Source: Peribolospora baueri (lineage: Eukaryota). Taken from it: 64,000 nucleotides of DNA. Every line of letters starts with the position of its first letter. Position 1 is the stretch's first letter. The stretch lies in the NCBI GenBank assembly GCA_029717555.1, contig JAMDHS010000025.1, positions 124,001-188,000 of the forward strand. The letters are read 5' to 3'. A program made the translations under genes and the position numbers. The notes beneath the pieces are model-generated. The model ran no database searches. It saw nothing but the letters and a program-made list of their open reading frames with translations, and was not told where the DNA came from. Below are positions 23,969 through 37,114 of the stretch, piece by piece.

Positions 23969-24207
23969 TTCCTTTGGATGGTCGACGGTCGTCGTCGCGG
24001 TCGTGGTTGGGTGGAGTGGTCGAGCAGACCGGCGGATGCCGCAGCAGGTTAGCGCAGTGATCGACGACTCGCCGACTGGAATGTCAACGTCGGACGACCA
24101 TCGTCGCTTTCTTAGACCACCTCCTCGAGAAGTGAGCGAGTGCTGACATGGCAAGAATACCGTGAGTGACGAGCTGGCCGTCATGTTTGAACTACAGCTC
24201 TTTGGGA

Positions 24208-25981
24208 ATGAAGGCGAAAGACGACAAGCCGATAACGCCCTCCGTCCCACTTGGCAGAGTCATAACCATCCAACACGATTACACACACGTCCTGTCCGAC
24301 GTCACTGACTGCCTGGTTCCCCAAGAGGATTTTTGGGTGTCATGCTACGTCACTGATCGGCCTAGCGTGCACGGCAGAGTGAGGGTCACTCCTGCTAAGG
24401 GAGGCGACGTTGAGTTGGAGGCTAGGAATGGCGTCAGAGTCGGCCGGGTGGCGGGCAGTAAGGTAAGTGTGTTGTCGGACGTGCAAGTCCCCAATTTTCC
24501 CGTATGCCCATGTATCTTACTAAGGATGATCCCGCTAATTACATTTTTTTTCTTGTTTGTGACGTCGTCGGAACGGAAGACTGACCTTCTCGTCTCAGCC
24601 CCCTCTCTCTTCATCCCGCCAACCTACGTGCAACCGCCCCGACAATCACTGCCCAACGTTCTCAAAGGCAGAATCCTCAGCGTCGACGTCTCACCTACAG
24701 ACAATGGCCTGTGGGCGGCGGCAGGAGAGGACGGCCAGGTTGTGGTGGGCGAGTGGGAAGATGGGGGAGAGAAGGAGAGGCTTAGATGTCGCGGCCACGT
24801 TGGGGACGTTACTAGCACTAGGTTCTTTCCTAGCGGAGAGGGTGAGAGAGTTGTCACCAGTCGTTTCAATTAGGCGAGCGGCAGGACCAAGTTTAATCTT
24901 CTGTTCCTCCTAACTGAGTTTAATATTCCTCCTGCTACCAACTCGTCAAACTCTGCCAGTCATCCTCACCACCTCGTCCGACCTGTCTTTGCGTATCTTC
25001 TCTGCCCGAGACGGCTCCAACCCGCGCACGCTCAGAGGCCACAGACGTGGCGTGACCGACTCGGGCATCATATCTCGCGGACGCAACGTCGTTTCCTCCT
25101 CCATGGACGGCACCCTCCGTCTCTGGGACGTCAGCTCTGGCAAGTCCATCCGCGCATTCGGCACTAACAGGTACTCTCCGGCATATCGAATAGCGGTGGG
25201 AAGGTTGCCGTTCGAATTAAATAAGAGCTTCAGGCCGCCGGATGGGGATGAGGGGAAGGGGCTAGAACGGGCGTCGGAGGGGCGAGGGGACGAGGGTGCG
25301 ACGGTGGAGGACCAGTCAGACGGGACGTCACAAGCGCCGGTCCCAGCGGCGCGGGACGAGAGAGAGGTGGAGACGGAGGGCAAAGTGATGCTAGCCGCCC
25401 TGGGTTCGGGAGAGGTCGAGGTGTTCGATTTGGATACGAAGACGCGCGTCGCGCTCGTCCCGGCGTGTCCGACCGGCGCAGAACCACTGCACGCGTTGTC
25501 GTACGACGAGGCTAGCTGGCTCGTCGCAACGGGCAGCAGGACTGGCTTGATTTGCTTGCACGACGCCCGACAGATGTCCTCTTTAGCCGCCACCTCCTCC
25601 GGCTCGGCGCCCGCTCCGCCTGCGTCACTACTGACGTCGTTCCGACGTAACGAGGCGTGCATCAACGACTTGTCTTTCTCCCGCGTGCCCTTCGCCATCC
25701 CCTCTCCATCATTGTCTCCCGATAGCCTTTCCGCCGAACCGCAGGCCGCCGTCTCCGTCTCGGCCTCGGACGTGTGCCACTTCTCCCTTCTAGTCGCCAC
25801 CTCCGACGGTCTGCCCTGCGCGCTCGACCTCTCCACCCTCCGCAACGGCCCGTCGGAGAGCGGGCCGAGGGTGGTGCGCGAGTTCGCGGGGTGGGACGTG
25901 GACGGCGTGGAGAGCGTGCGCGTTGACGGGAGGGGCAGAATTGTCATGGGCGGTGCGGACGGGACGTTGAGGAGGTACTGA
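24208..25981 (+). CDS. RPN14: WD40 protein, proteasome assembly chaperone Rpn14/PAAF1-like (introns ~24463-24579, 24842-24959)
   Basis: EDFWVSCY N-terminal motif, GHVGDVTSTRFFPSGEVILTTSSDLSLRIFS, NPRTLRGHRRGVTD..GRNVVSSSMDGTLRLWD. Confidence 0.8.
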
Positions 25982-26738
25982 GCTCGCCCTTCGTGGGAGT
26001 CACAGACGTTCGAAGACGAGCTCGCGCTCGGGTCGTCTGCCGTACATGTGGTGTAGAGGCGTGAGCTTTAAATGACGTCGCAATATCGAAACGCGACCAG
26101 CGGCTCGGTGGGCGTGCGACACGATCGGCGTCCCTTTGCAAGCATTTGCGTCCGTCATTCTCCGTAAGCTCAAGCTAGAGCTTTGCAACGGCGTTCCTAC
26201 GTGCTGTGTTCCTACCATCCCGCCTGCGCTCCGCGAGTGTCGTAGCAAATGAAAATGGATACAAGTTGCGAAAGGAGTGCTGTCCCCATATGACCATCTC
26301 TCTGCATCAGAACGACCAGGCGAGCGAACGACAACAGGCACTGTGCCGACCGTTTCGACAGCGCCCTGACTTGGACAAAAGCCAAGGAGGGAGGTCTCTT
26401 CGAGGCAAGTGGACACGAGCACGCCGTGCTTGGACTCCGAGAAGCGCTCGAACTGCAAAAATGGATTAGAGGAAGCGATGGTGTTCCCTTCTCGCGGGGA
26501 AGTCGGAGAGTACATAACAGCGGGAAGTCGAGCTCGGACATGCACGGACTTGCACGGGAGCGGAGCCCCGGATCAAAGGTGAACCGGACGCCGGCTGCGC
26601 ACGGGTCGCCAAACCGGTCACTGCGACGCCTCCATCTCCTCAATCCGTGGTACGGACAGCATCCTGACGACGCTCGTCCGGTCTCCGAACGGCCGCCGAG
26701 CCTCCCACAGACGACGGACAACGGTCCTCTTTTATAGA

Positions 26739-28473
26739 ATGCAGGTCCAGCCCCGTCCGCCGCCCAAGGCGGTCATCTTTGACATCGGAGGCGTCGTCGC
26801 CGGTTCGCCGCTGTAAGTCAGGACCCGAGCCACCCGGGCCGCCGTCGAACGAGGCCGGCGAAGTGTCGCTCTCTTGTATCGACCGGAGGGAGCCTCGGCG
26901 GGTGGTGGCAGCAATGGACGCTTGCTGACCCATACTCTTGCTTCCAACTGCGCCGCTGGCTACCTGCTAGGGTGGGCATCAACACGTGAGTCCCGCTTGC
27001 AAGCTGCCTCCGCCTCTCTTCGTCACCTCCTTCCTTACCCGCTCTCTCTTCTTCTCCCCCCTTTGCTTGCCATGTTTACGTCCTCCAGCTACGAAAGAGC
27101 CCATGGTCTCCCACACGACTACCTCAACGTCGGCATAACGGCCCGCGGGCCATCCGGTGCCTTCCAGCGCTTTGAGCGCGCCGAACTCGCTTTGCTCGAC
27201 TTCTACGACCGCTTCGGAAAAGAGCTCAGCGACGTGCGCTTTATGAATCGAGCCTTCGAGGCGTTTTGCAAGGCGAGGAAAAGAGGCGAGTGGGCGGACG
27301 AGTGGGACAGCGGTGGCGTTCTCGTTCGACTGCCTGCGCTCACGCCGTTTTGCCCGTTTCTGTTGTCGCCGCCTTCCTCAGCCGTTCCGAGGCTCCCTGC
27401 CGAGCTCCGGATAGATGGCCGAGACGTGAGCATCGACGTTCTTTTTTCTCCTGGTTTTGAGCGCCACTCCATTTCCTGCTCACTTGTCCTTCAAACCGTC
27501 TTCCACCTCGTTTGCTTTCGCTCTACGGACGTATGACACGCAGCTCTTCGGGACGATGATGCGAGAGACCGCCCGAGCCGATCTAAACGTAATCGAAGCG
27601 ATTCGAAGATTGAAAGGTATGTTTTCTGCATGTCGGTCAAATCGTTCTTTCTCTCTTCTTTTCGCGTCGTTCGTTCGCCTCATGACGCCTTTCATTCTCC
27701 TCTCTTCTGCCTTCTTCACCGCAAGCCTCAAACCTTTTCAAGCTCGCTGCTCTCACAAACAACTTTGTCCTCCCCACTGCTCCCCTCCCCGGATCTATAG
27801 ACGGCCGAACGTCGCTCGAGGAGGAGCTCGATCACCTCGGCATGCGAGAAAAAAAGTGGGAGAAGGAGTTGAAGGAGCTTTTCGACGGCTTCTTCGAGAG
27901 CAGCGTCGTGGGGCTGCGGTGCGTTCTGATGGTCACATTGGCGGAGGAGGCTTCGAATGAGCCCAGCCGGCTCGGTTCTGATCGCATTCGAGCTCACTTC
28001 GCCGCGTGGACGACACAGAAAACCGGACGCCAAGTTCTATCTCCACGCATGCGACGCAATCGGCATCCGTCCCGATGAGGCCGTCTTCCTCGACGACATC
28101 GGACAGTGAGTTCGGCGTTCGGATGCGAAAGGGTGTCTGCGTCCGTCTGGACTGTCCGCGATCTGCGCCCGATTGGCTCAACTCAAATTAAATCTTGTCC
28201 TCCACTCTTCTTCTCCTCCGCTCGCAGCAATTTGAAGGCGGCCCAGGACCTCGGCATGCGCACCATCCGTGAGTCTGCACCACGCCCTTCCCTTTCCCCT
28301 GACCTCTTCTCGTCTGACTTTCCCCGCTCTGTCGCTCGCTCTCAGGCGTCTCCCCCACTTCATCCCTCCCGGCCCTACGCGAGCTGGAAAAAATGGTGGG
28401 CATGTCCTTGGTAGACGGAGAGGGGGACGGGAAAGAGAACGATGTGAAGACGAAACGAGCGGCCAAGCTGTAG
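26739..28473 (+). CDS. HAD-superfamily hydrolase (epoxide hydrolase N-terminal/ACAD10-type phosphatase), multi-exon, C-terminal PTS1 (AKL)
   Basis: KAVIFDIGGVV motif I, LAALTNNF, LFDGFFESSVVGLRKPDAKFY, EAVFLDDIG, NLKAAQDLGMRTI; ends KTKRAAKL-TAG. Confidence 0.88.
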
Positions 28474-28791
28474 GAAACATGCGTCCGTCTCCCGAAGAAA
28501 GAGCGCGGGGAAGAGAGGGGCGTAGGTTTTTTTTTTTTGTTTTATTTCATTTCGGATCTGGAAGGATGCGGGGTATCAGGACAGGCCCAGGCCCGGATCG
28601 GATTTAGTCAGAGGGATGAAGGCGTGGAGTGCAAGCGACTCGTAACCATGAGAGGCGGGAAAGGCCCGCCGTGCCCGCTGATTCAGCGAGGGTTGCGACC
28701 CACGCACGGCTCATCTCCGACTCAAACCACATCTCGTTCTCATCTCGTCGCATCACGATCGTCCACGCACCTGGATCTCCGGTTTTCAGAC

Positions 28792-29744
28792 ATGTCCTCG
28801 CGACGCCTTTTTCTCGTTCCACGGAATAAAGTCTGCATCCTCCCGCGCCTGGGTCCGACGCTCCAGGCCACCTTTCCGCGTCCCCGTCCGTCTCCGTCTG
28901 CGAACACCGCCTTGCACACGGGCCCGTCGCCTTTCTCCCTCCCTCTGACGCTGTCTTCGGCGCAGTGCCGCTCGTTCGCCACTCCCCGCCCACCTCCTCC
29001 TCCTCATCCGTCGCCTCCGCCGCCGCCTCGGAAACCGCCTCCCGACCAATCGGGGCCGTCGCTGGATCCGGTGGCCGAAGAAGTGCCCTGGGACCCTACC
29101 GGCCTCGATCCACGGTCGGACAGCCCGTACCTCAAGAAGGGAGAACCGACGGCGCCGAGGCCTGACCCGTCCGAGTTCAAGGACGAGGCGCCCGGTTGGC
29201 CTCCGGGCGCTTATCCTTCTTCTTCTTCTTCTTCTTCTTCGTCCTCATCGTCTCCCGGTGGGCCGACGATGAAGGGCTCGGACTCGGGCTCGGCTGGGCA
29301 GATGGAGAGGGCGCAAAAGGCTGTAGAGAAAGCGGGGGCGACGGCGAAAGGCATCAAAGGGATCGGTCGACGAGCGTGGAAGGGCCGGTCGGGGGAGACG
29401 AAGGAAGAGGCGGAGGAGGTGGAGAGGTTGGAGGAGCTTGGGAGACGGTTCCCTAGGATCTGGGCTTATAGCACCGCCTTTGCTGCCGTCTTGCTGGGCG
29501 TGTACTGTCAGTTTGCTTTTGCTTTTTGCCCTTAGCTCCTCGTATCGTCTTGTCTGTCTCTGCTCATCGACATGGCGGTGCCCCTTGGAGGGGATGGACG
29601 ACGGCCCTTAGCCTTTTCGACTGACTTTCCTCTCTTTCATCCTATTCCATCCATCCTCCCTCCCTGTCAGTGGTGTACGACGCCAGCAAGCTAAAGGAAG
29701 AGACACAGGCTGATCGGCCTGCCGAGGCGGAGGTGAAGAAGTGA
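28792..29744 (+). CDS. hypothetical protein with Arg/Ser/Leu-rich presequence-like N-terminus, Pro-rich region and one C-terminal TM segment (probable intron ~29507-29670)
   Basis: MSSRRLFLVPRNK..QCRSFATP looks like a mitochondrial presequence. Hydrophobic IWAYSTAFAAVLLGVYLVY after splicing; ends AEVKK-TGA. Confidence 0.6.
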
Positions 29745-31016
29745 CAGGGGGAACGGCGGGGGTTTATACGAACGACAGGTCTATGCTGTAGCGTATCGTA
29801 TCAAGCAGAGCGAGCAATGGGTGCTATGGGAGATGACGAGAAACGAATAGCAGTGTCTGCAATTGGGTCTGAACGTTGCCCGCCAGACTCGCCGAGAGTT
29901 CGAGCCCGCTTCCTCTTATCTTTTATCTCTTCTCATGTTCTCTTCTCCAAGTATGATGAGCCTGGCAAGGCGTCAAGAAGTGAAGGGCAGGAGAATCACG
30001 TGACATGACGACGTCATGCCTGTGCGCGGGCTTGGCGGGCGACGCTGAATGATGCGTAGCGACGAGTTATAAGTCTTCGTCTCTCCTCTCTTTTCTTCTC
30101 CACCTCGCTCTCCACCTTCATCACCGGTTGCTCTCCTCCCCTCTTCTCGCCTTTCTCGCCTCCACGGACACCTCGCCGGGCCTGCATCGGTTGCCGAATG
30201 CAGCAAGGCCGACGGACGGCAGAAGTCTGTATCATACCATCTGCTCTCCGTATCATATCTTATCCTTCTCCTCCTCCTCATCCATCTCCGTCTTCCTCTG
30301 ACGCTCCTTCGTCTTGCCCTGTCCCATCTGCTCCATAAGTCGCTGGCTCGCCAACCGCCTTCCTTCCCTCCTTCCCTCCGCCTCGCCTCCCATCCCATCT
30401 CCCTCAACGGGCGCACTCGCTTCTCATCATCCCCCTCCAGCTCATACGCTCTTGGCCGCGATAGCGCCTCGCTATCCCGGCTCCCATCCTCCTCTTGCCA
30501 AGCAGCATCTCGGCCTCTCCGGCCCTCCACGCTCGTTCACCGTTCCTCACTACCTGCCTGGTTCGCCTCAGGAACCAAGTCCCTGTACCCGCCACCCGTA
30601 CCTCATAAGCATCCATCCGCTTGGCCGGCCCAGTTCTAAAAGCGGAAAGCCGACACGCTTTGCCCTTGCTACTTCCTATCCTCAGTGAGTGTCCAGTAAG
30701 GCCACAGCATCCATCCTTCGCCCTTCGTCGCCCCCATCCCACCGCGCAGACCGGCGTTCTGCCCCCCTGCCTTCCTCCGCGGCCACCGCTCGCTTTCCTT
30801 TCCTTCCGCGCTCCGTCCAACTGAACATCCATCCATCTGCTTCTCGACCTTTGTCTCGTCGACCGTCGTAGATTTGCGCGGCGCCTGGGCTCCCAAGCTG
30901 TCGCTGATCTCACCGCTGGAGACAAGGAAGGGGACGCAGGAGGACCACAGCTGTCTCCATCATCCTTCTCTTCTTCGTTTCCCCTTCCTCAATCCGCCGC
31001 TACCGCTACCGCCGTC

Positions 31017-34000
31017 ATGGGTTTCCATCCATTCGAGGTCAACCCCCCACACCTGATATATACAGGCTTGGGGGCGTTCGTCGTCATCGTGAGCGATCAC
31101 TCCCTTCTTCGCGTTTGCATGTCCGTCTCTGCGCATCATGCGTTGGCGACAGCACGCTCACTGATCTCGCCTCTCTTCTTCCCCTTCGTTCCCTTCGATT
31201 GCGTGTCCGCTTCGGCTGGCTCACGTGCAGTTCGGCATGATCTCTCTGTTCATCAAGGAAAAGCTATACCTAGGCGAGGCCGTCATCGCGACGGTCTTCG
31301 GAATCATCGTCGGTGAGTGGACGTGCGATAATAGCCTTTCTTCTTCTCGTCAACGCACCCCGTGACGAAGGATGCTTGAATGTCAAACGGTCTTGGATGT
31401 TGACCTACGAGCTGCTTCTCCTACATTGCGATGTCATTTCAAGGTCCTTACTGCCTCAACCTCTTCAACCCCTCCGACTGGGCCGGCACACACTCCGAAC
31501 CGCCCGGTGATGAACGTACAAACGAGATCACTCTCGAAGTCATGCGGATCACCATCGCCCTGAGCGTGTTCGCCGTGGCCGTTGAGGTGAGTGAGCGCGT
31601 GGGAGGGAGCGCCTGGAGGAGAGCCTGCTCACCGTCCCTGCCACGCGTCGTCCACACCCCATTCCTCGTTCGCAGTTACCGAAAGCTTACGTGCTCAAGC
31701 ACTGGCGCTCGCTCTTCATGGTCCTTGGACCTGTCATGATTTACGGTTGGTTCGTCAGCGCCGCATTGATGTACGCCATCATTCCTGGCTTGACGTTTCT
31801 TAATAGGTGAGCCCTGTTCCGTGACAGATCCCTCACTCGGACACTGGTCCCATCTCTGGACGACGCGCGCTCACTCTCTGGTGGTCCCCTTCCCCCAAAC
31901 GTTGCGTAGCCTGGTTGTCGCGGCCTGCACGACGCCCACGGACCCCATTCTTGCCCAAGCCGTCGTTGGTGGCCCATGGGCCGAGAAGCACGTCCCCGCC
32001 CACATCCGCCACCTCCTTCAAGCCGAATCGTCCTGCAACGACGGCGCCGCCTTCCCCTTCCTTTTCATTGCCCTCTATCTCACCACTCAGCCTCACCACG
32101 AGGGCCACGCTGTGGGAGAGTGGTTCTACGTCGTCTGGGCGTACGATATCGTCCTCGGCATCGTCATTGGTGCCGTCCTCGGCTATGCCGCCCGAAAGTT
32201 TATCAGGTACTCTGAGAAGCACAGGCTTGTCGATCGAGAGTCCTTTGTGGCGCAGTACGTCAGCTTGGCTGTCCTCAGCATTGGCATCTGCACACTCCTC
32301 GGAAGCGATGACTTGCTCTCCGCTTTCGCTTGCGGCACCGCTTTCGCTTGGGAGTGAGTTAACCTGTCTTCTTCTCTCCCCTTCCGTCATGTCCCTATGG
32401 CGGCGCATGAAACTCACTGCCATGTCCCATCCCACCCCCTCTCCCTTCCTGCAGCGGCTGGTTTACCAAGCAGACCGAGGACTCCAACTTCTCCAACGTC
32501 GTCGACCTGCTCTTCAACTGCGCCGCCTTCATCTACATCGGCGCCACCATCCCCTTCCACACCTTCAACGACGCCACACTGACGCTCAGCCCCTGGCGCC
32601 TCGTCGTGCTCGGCATCTGCATCATCTTCCTCCGCCGCCTGCCCATCATGGTCGCGCTTTGGAAGGTCATCCCGGATGTCAAGACGTTCCGCGAGGCCTG
32701 CTTCAGCGGCCATTTCGGTCCTATCGGCGTCGGCGGTGTGTTCATCGCCACCCTCGGACGGCAATACCTCGGCGACCGCGCTTATCCGCCTACAGACCCG
32801 CTCGACGTGCTCGCCGGCACGATCCAGCCCATCGTCTTCTTCCTCGTCCTCTGCTCCGTCGTCATCCACGGCCTCACCATCCCTTTCTTCGCCTTCACCA
32901 AGCGAGCCCACACGATCACCCACACGCTCAGCATCAGCAATACCTTCTCTAGGACCTCTTTCTCTCGCACCTGGAGTCGCGCTCCCACCGACAACGAGCC
33001 GACCTGGTTGAGCAGGGTCACGAGGGTCCATGCGGGCGAGGAGATCATCGTCAACAAGGACGAGGAGATCGGTTCCGGCTCTGGCTCTGGCTCCGGCTCC
33101 GGCACTGGCTCCGATTCCAGGACCAGAGAGACAGCTGTCGCGGACGACGAGGAAGAGGAGGAGGGGCAGACGAGCTTGGAACGAGGCGACGAGGCAGGGA
33201 GGGAGTTGGAGCGGGCGAAGCGAGCGCGGGACGCCGCGGCCAAGGCTGAGGAGATCGATTTGGAGAAGGCCGAGAGGGTGGCGCCGGCAAAGGGCGTCGG
33301 TATCGGCGTCGTCGGAGCGCGCCCTGTTCCGATCGCCAAGCCCAGACACAGGAGGCCGGTGCAGGACTACGACGACATCGAAGACTTTAACGAGCTCGGC
33401 GGCGAGTATGACGATCCGAGCGGCGACTGGGGAGACTCGAACGCGAAGGAGCGAGCGACGGCGCTGGCGCTTTATGAGGAGGCGGTGAGGGCGAAGAGGG
33501 AGAAGGAAAAGGCTAAGGAGGCCGAGGAGGAGGTGAGCAGCTCCTCTTCCGACCGCGCTCCCGCTGTGCATCCGGACCACCTCACTAAGGGCGAGGAGGC
33601 TCCCACGACCGCTGCTTCCGACGCTACCGAGGCCGCTTCTTCCGAGCCGCACCATGGTCCCCTGTCCTGGTTCATGGAGAAGCCGCCGGACGAGGAGCTG
33701 GGTCCGATGGACAGGGACGTGCGCCGCGAGCTTTCTCCGCCTCCGGCAGACGAGGACGAGTTGCAGCGTCGACTCAAAGAAGTCAACGAGGTACCAGAGC
33801 TGGACACGAGTGGCGAGAGTCGACCGGAGCCGCGTCCGATCCGACGACAGTGGGTAGAAGGGCATCACCTCCTAACGGAGTACCAAGAGTCGCCGGGCGA
33901 CGACGTGGAGGTGCGCGTGATCGACCTCCGCCCGGAGGAGGCGGAGGGGCTCCGGGAGAAGGAAAACCCGGCTTGGGAGTGGGTGCAACGGCACGTTGCT

Positions 34001-35203
34001 GAGCTGGAGCAACAGTTTGGGAGGAAGTTCGGGGAACACGAGAAGTGGACGGCTGAGCGTGTGCTCTCGAAATTGGCGAGCCATGATATAGGGAGGGTGT
34101 TGGAGCGTAGACATGAGAAGGGGAAGCGTAGACCTGAGAAGGGGAAGAGGCCGGAGGTCAATAAGGGAGGGAAGGGCGTCAAGGAAGAGGAGGCCGAGGA
34201 CGAGGCCGGACCATCGTCGACGTGGGGAGCGGCGTCGGTGGCGGGAGCCGAGTCGGACATGTTCGAAACGTCGGACGAAGAGCTGGCGGAGAGACGACGG
34301 AGCCCGAAAGCGCGCAGCCCTCGCAGCGGCCGCGGCCGTGTCGCTCTCAGCCGCTCCTCGGGCGGCCGTTCGCCGAGCTCGCCGAACTATCGCTCAGGAT
34401 CTCGATCTCCGCAATCGCTCTCTTCCTCCAAAGGAAACTCTTCCACCGGCTCAGGGTCGAGGCGCTCGCACGCGGTCAAGTCCGACACACCTCCGGACAA
34501 AAGAAGACGAGGAAACTCGATCCGCAGGCGGTTGCTCGACGGGGCGCTCGGCCTCCCCGGTCGAAGAGATGCAAGGCCGTCGAGTCGCTCGTCTCGTGAG
34601 GACAGCGGAGAGTCTGGAGACGATAAAGACGGAGACGGACGCAGCTCGAACGTGGGCGGACGTGCGCGACTCGCCTCGGGTAGCTTGGGTGGCCACCAAA
34701 GGAGCGGCAGCGAGAGTCGACCGAGCAGCAGGCCTGCGTCGATCCGGTTCGTAGACAGCGGCGCTGAGAGCGGCACGGAGGAGCGACCGGCGCCGTCGCC
34801 GACGACATCCGAGGCGTTCCGAAGGCCGCCAAACAGGCGCACATCGTCGGCTTCTAGCCTGTCCCATGTCGTTCATCGACGGCCCGGCTCAGCGTCTTCC
34901 AGCCTCGGCCCGTCTTCCAACCTCGGCCCAGCCCCGTTGTCCCCCGTGACCGAGGTCCAAGGTAAGGGTCAGGGTTTGGGACAGGACCGGGAACAGGGAC
35001 GGAACGAGCCGACGCCTCCGGATGTCCAGGCATTTCGTCCGTCGACGGAGAAACAAGCTGCGCAAGGCGGAGACGGTGGCAGCCTCGAGCAGGACGACCG
35101 TGCGAGCGCGTCTGGGGGCATTCTCCAGCCGCCTAGCTTGACAGGAACGGGAGGGAGCACCGGAGAGAAGGTCAGTTTTGCGCTTCCTGACAGCAAGTCT
35201 TGA
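31017..35203 (+). CDS. NHA1: fungal Na+/K+:H+ antiporter (CPA1, Nha1-like) with long hydrophilic C-terminal tail
   Basis: [86 protein letters not shown]. Confidence 0.93.
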
Positions 35204-35605
35204 GACGTCGGCACGCGGCCACCCGTCTATCTATCCATCATGGCAGCATGGATGCGTTTTGCTGTTGCCATCCCTCTCTGGTTGGTTTAGTTTCCTTGTA
35301 GATCTTCGGTCCGCCTCGTCCGCCTCGTGTCTCTTCCGGGTGCAGGATCAGCATCGTTCATAGACCAGGTTACTTATGTCGGTATCACATGTAGCAATCG
35401 ATCACTTTCTTGTAGGCCGTTTTCTCTGGCGCGTTCTAGTAGGTGTTAGAGAAAGACGACGACTGCGAGCTTTTAATGAAAGGTCCAGCGCGACCTTCGC
35501 CCACCCGCCTGCCGCAGCCGATCGGCCCGTGCCCGGCAAGAAGTTCAGGGCTTGCCCCGAACCGACAACGGCGGATCTTCCATCGTCTCTCTCACGACGG
35601 CCATC

Positions 35606-36888
35606 ATGGACGAAGACGCCCCTCTTACCGTCGCCAAGGGCACCGTCGCCGCCGGTGAGTACGCCTCTTCCTGAGCTTTTTATCTCTCTCCAGACACTTC
35701 TCGATCGAGACGAAGCGTGGCTGACGGGGCCCGGCTCACATGTACTAACGTTACCTATCCAGCTGCCGTGGGCGCGCTGACGGGAGCCGGCATCGGCGTA
35801 GCGCGCTACCAACCGGCTGCGCTGTTGGCGGTCAACATGGGCTTCAATTGCGGCATGTTCGGGTTGACGTTCTTTGGTGAGTCTAACCGACCTCGGAGCT
35901 TCGAAGGTCCAAGTGGCACTGTCTGTGCCTTCCTCGTTCTCCGCCGCGTCGGCCACGGACACGGACAGACTGGCCGACTGGCCGACTGACCAAATGATTG
36001 CATGACTCTCGTCCACTCTCCTCTTCTTCGTCCGTACCGACACCATCATGGCAGCATTCCGTGAATATGCAGTAACGCCAGCATTCCGTTTCTTGCAGCA
36101 GCAGCGAAGAGGTGGCATGACGACGACGACGACCAGCAGCGCGGGCGACGATGGAGGGGTACACGCAAGTTTGCGCAGACACAAATTGGTTGAGTCGGCC
36201 GTCGCCGGGGTAATGGCGGGAGGGTTGATCAACGGGTGGGTGCGTGAGTAGCCGACGGATTTCTGTCTATTTTTTTTTTACAATCCTTTCCCCGATTTGG
36301 ACGAGAGCTCAAGGGAGAAGAAGTTGAGCGGACTACACTTTGTTTTCGCCGTCTTTTCTACTCCTCAATTTACCCCTCCCCTTACGCCCACTAGGCGGGC
36401 CCCGGGGGATAGTTCCGGGAGCTGTGACGATATCGATCATCTCGACTGCTCTCCAACTCGGCTTGAACGAGGCCAGGGTGATGAGGGTGCGGCTCGTCAG
36501 TTCTTATGGGGACGGCCAGCTCCAGGAGGTCGCGGACGGGGGAAACGGAGTTACAGCGGTGCCTGCAACGACACCCGACACAACCGCAGGTGCTCTTCCC
36601 CTGCCCGCGCGACCAGACACGGCACCGCCGAAAGAGGAAGACGCCCCCTCTTCCTCCTCCATCCGCACCACCATCCTCTCTTCCTTCCGAATGCTCTTCA
36701 CCACCATCTCCCCCGTGCGACGCGTCTCGGACGACGAATACGAGAGGACGTTGCGAGCCAAGCTGGTGGACGTGGAGATGCGGCTGGGCGAAGTGGAAAG
36801 GCAGCTGGAGCGAGAGGGGATTCGGAGGGAGGTTATGGAGGAAGACCGGAGGAAGGCGAGAGAGGTCATGAGCGAGAGACGTTCCTGA
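35606..36888 (+). CDS. Tim17/Tim22-like small Gly-rich membrane protein, 4 exons (35606-35654, 35763-35876, 36055-36243, 36395-36888)
   Basis: Canonical splice sites join the exons in frame. Four G/A-rich hydrophobic segments (AAVGALTGAGIGV; GMFGLTFFAFRE; SAVAGVMAGGLING; GPRGIVPGAVTISIISTALQ), then SPVRRVSDDEY and a coiled coil. Confidence 0.7.
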
Positions 36889-37114
36889 GAACGGAGACTG
36901 CTGTGAGGGAACCAGGACGGAGAGTTGCGACTGTTCTGTGGGACGGGGCTCGTGTACGATAGCGGGAGGCCATGAGATGTACACGGGGGCTTCGCATGAC
37001 TTGCATGTTCTCCCACGTACGCATGAGTGGAAAGGTTTTCATTCCGACGGACAAACACAAACGAACGACGATACAAATGCCCCGAAGAATCACAGGCCAC
37101 CAGGTCGCTTCACA

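Noticed and set aside
26000..26737. Overlapping 100-180 aa ORFs between RPN14 and the HAD gene
   Set aside because: R/S/P-rich with no recognisable family; consistent with UTR and promoter DNA.
29817..31016. ORFs in the pyrimidine-rich region upstream of NHA1
   Set aside because: Low-complexity translations with no splice-supported model; most likely a long NHA1 leader or promoter.
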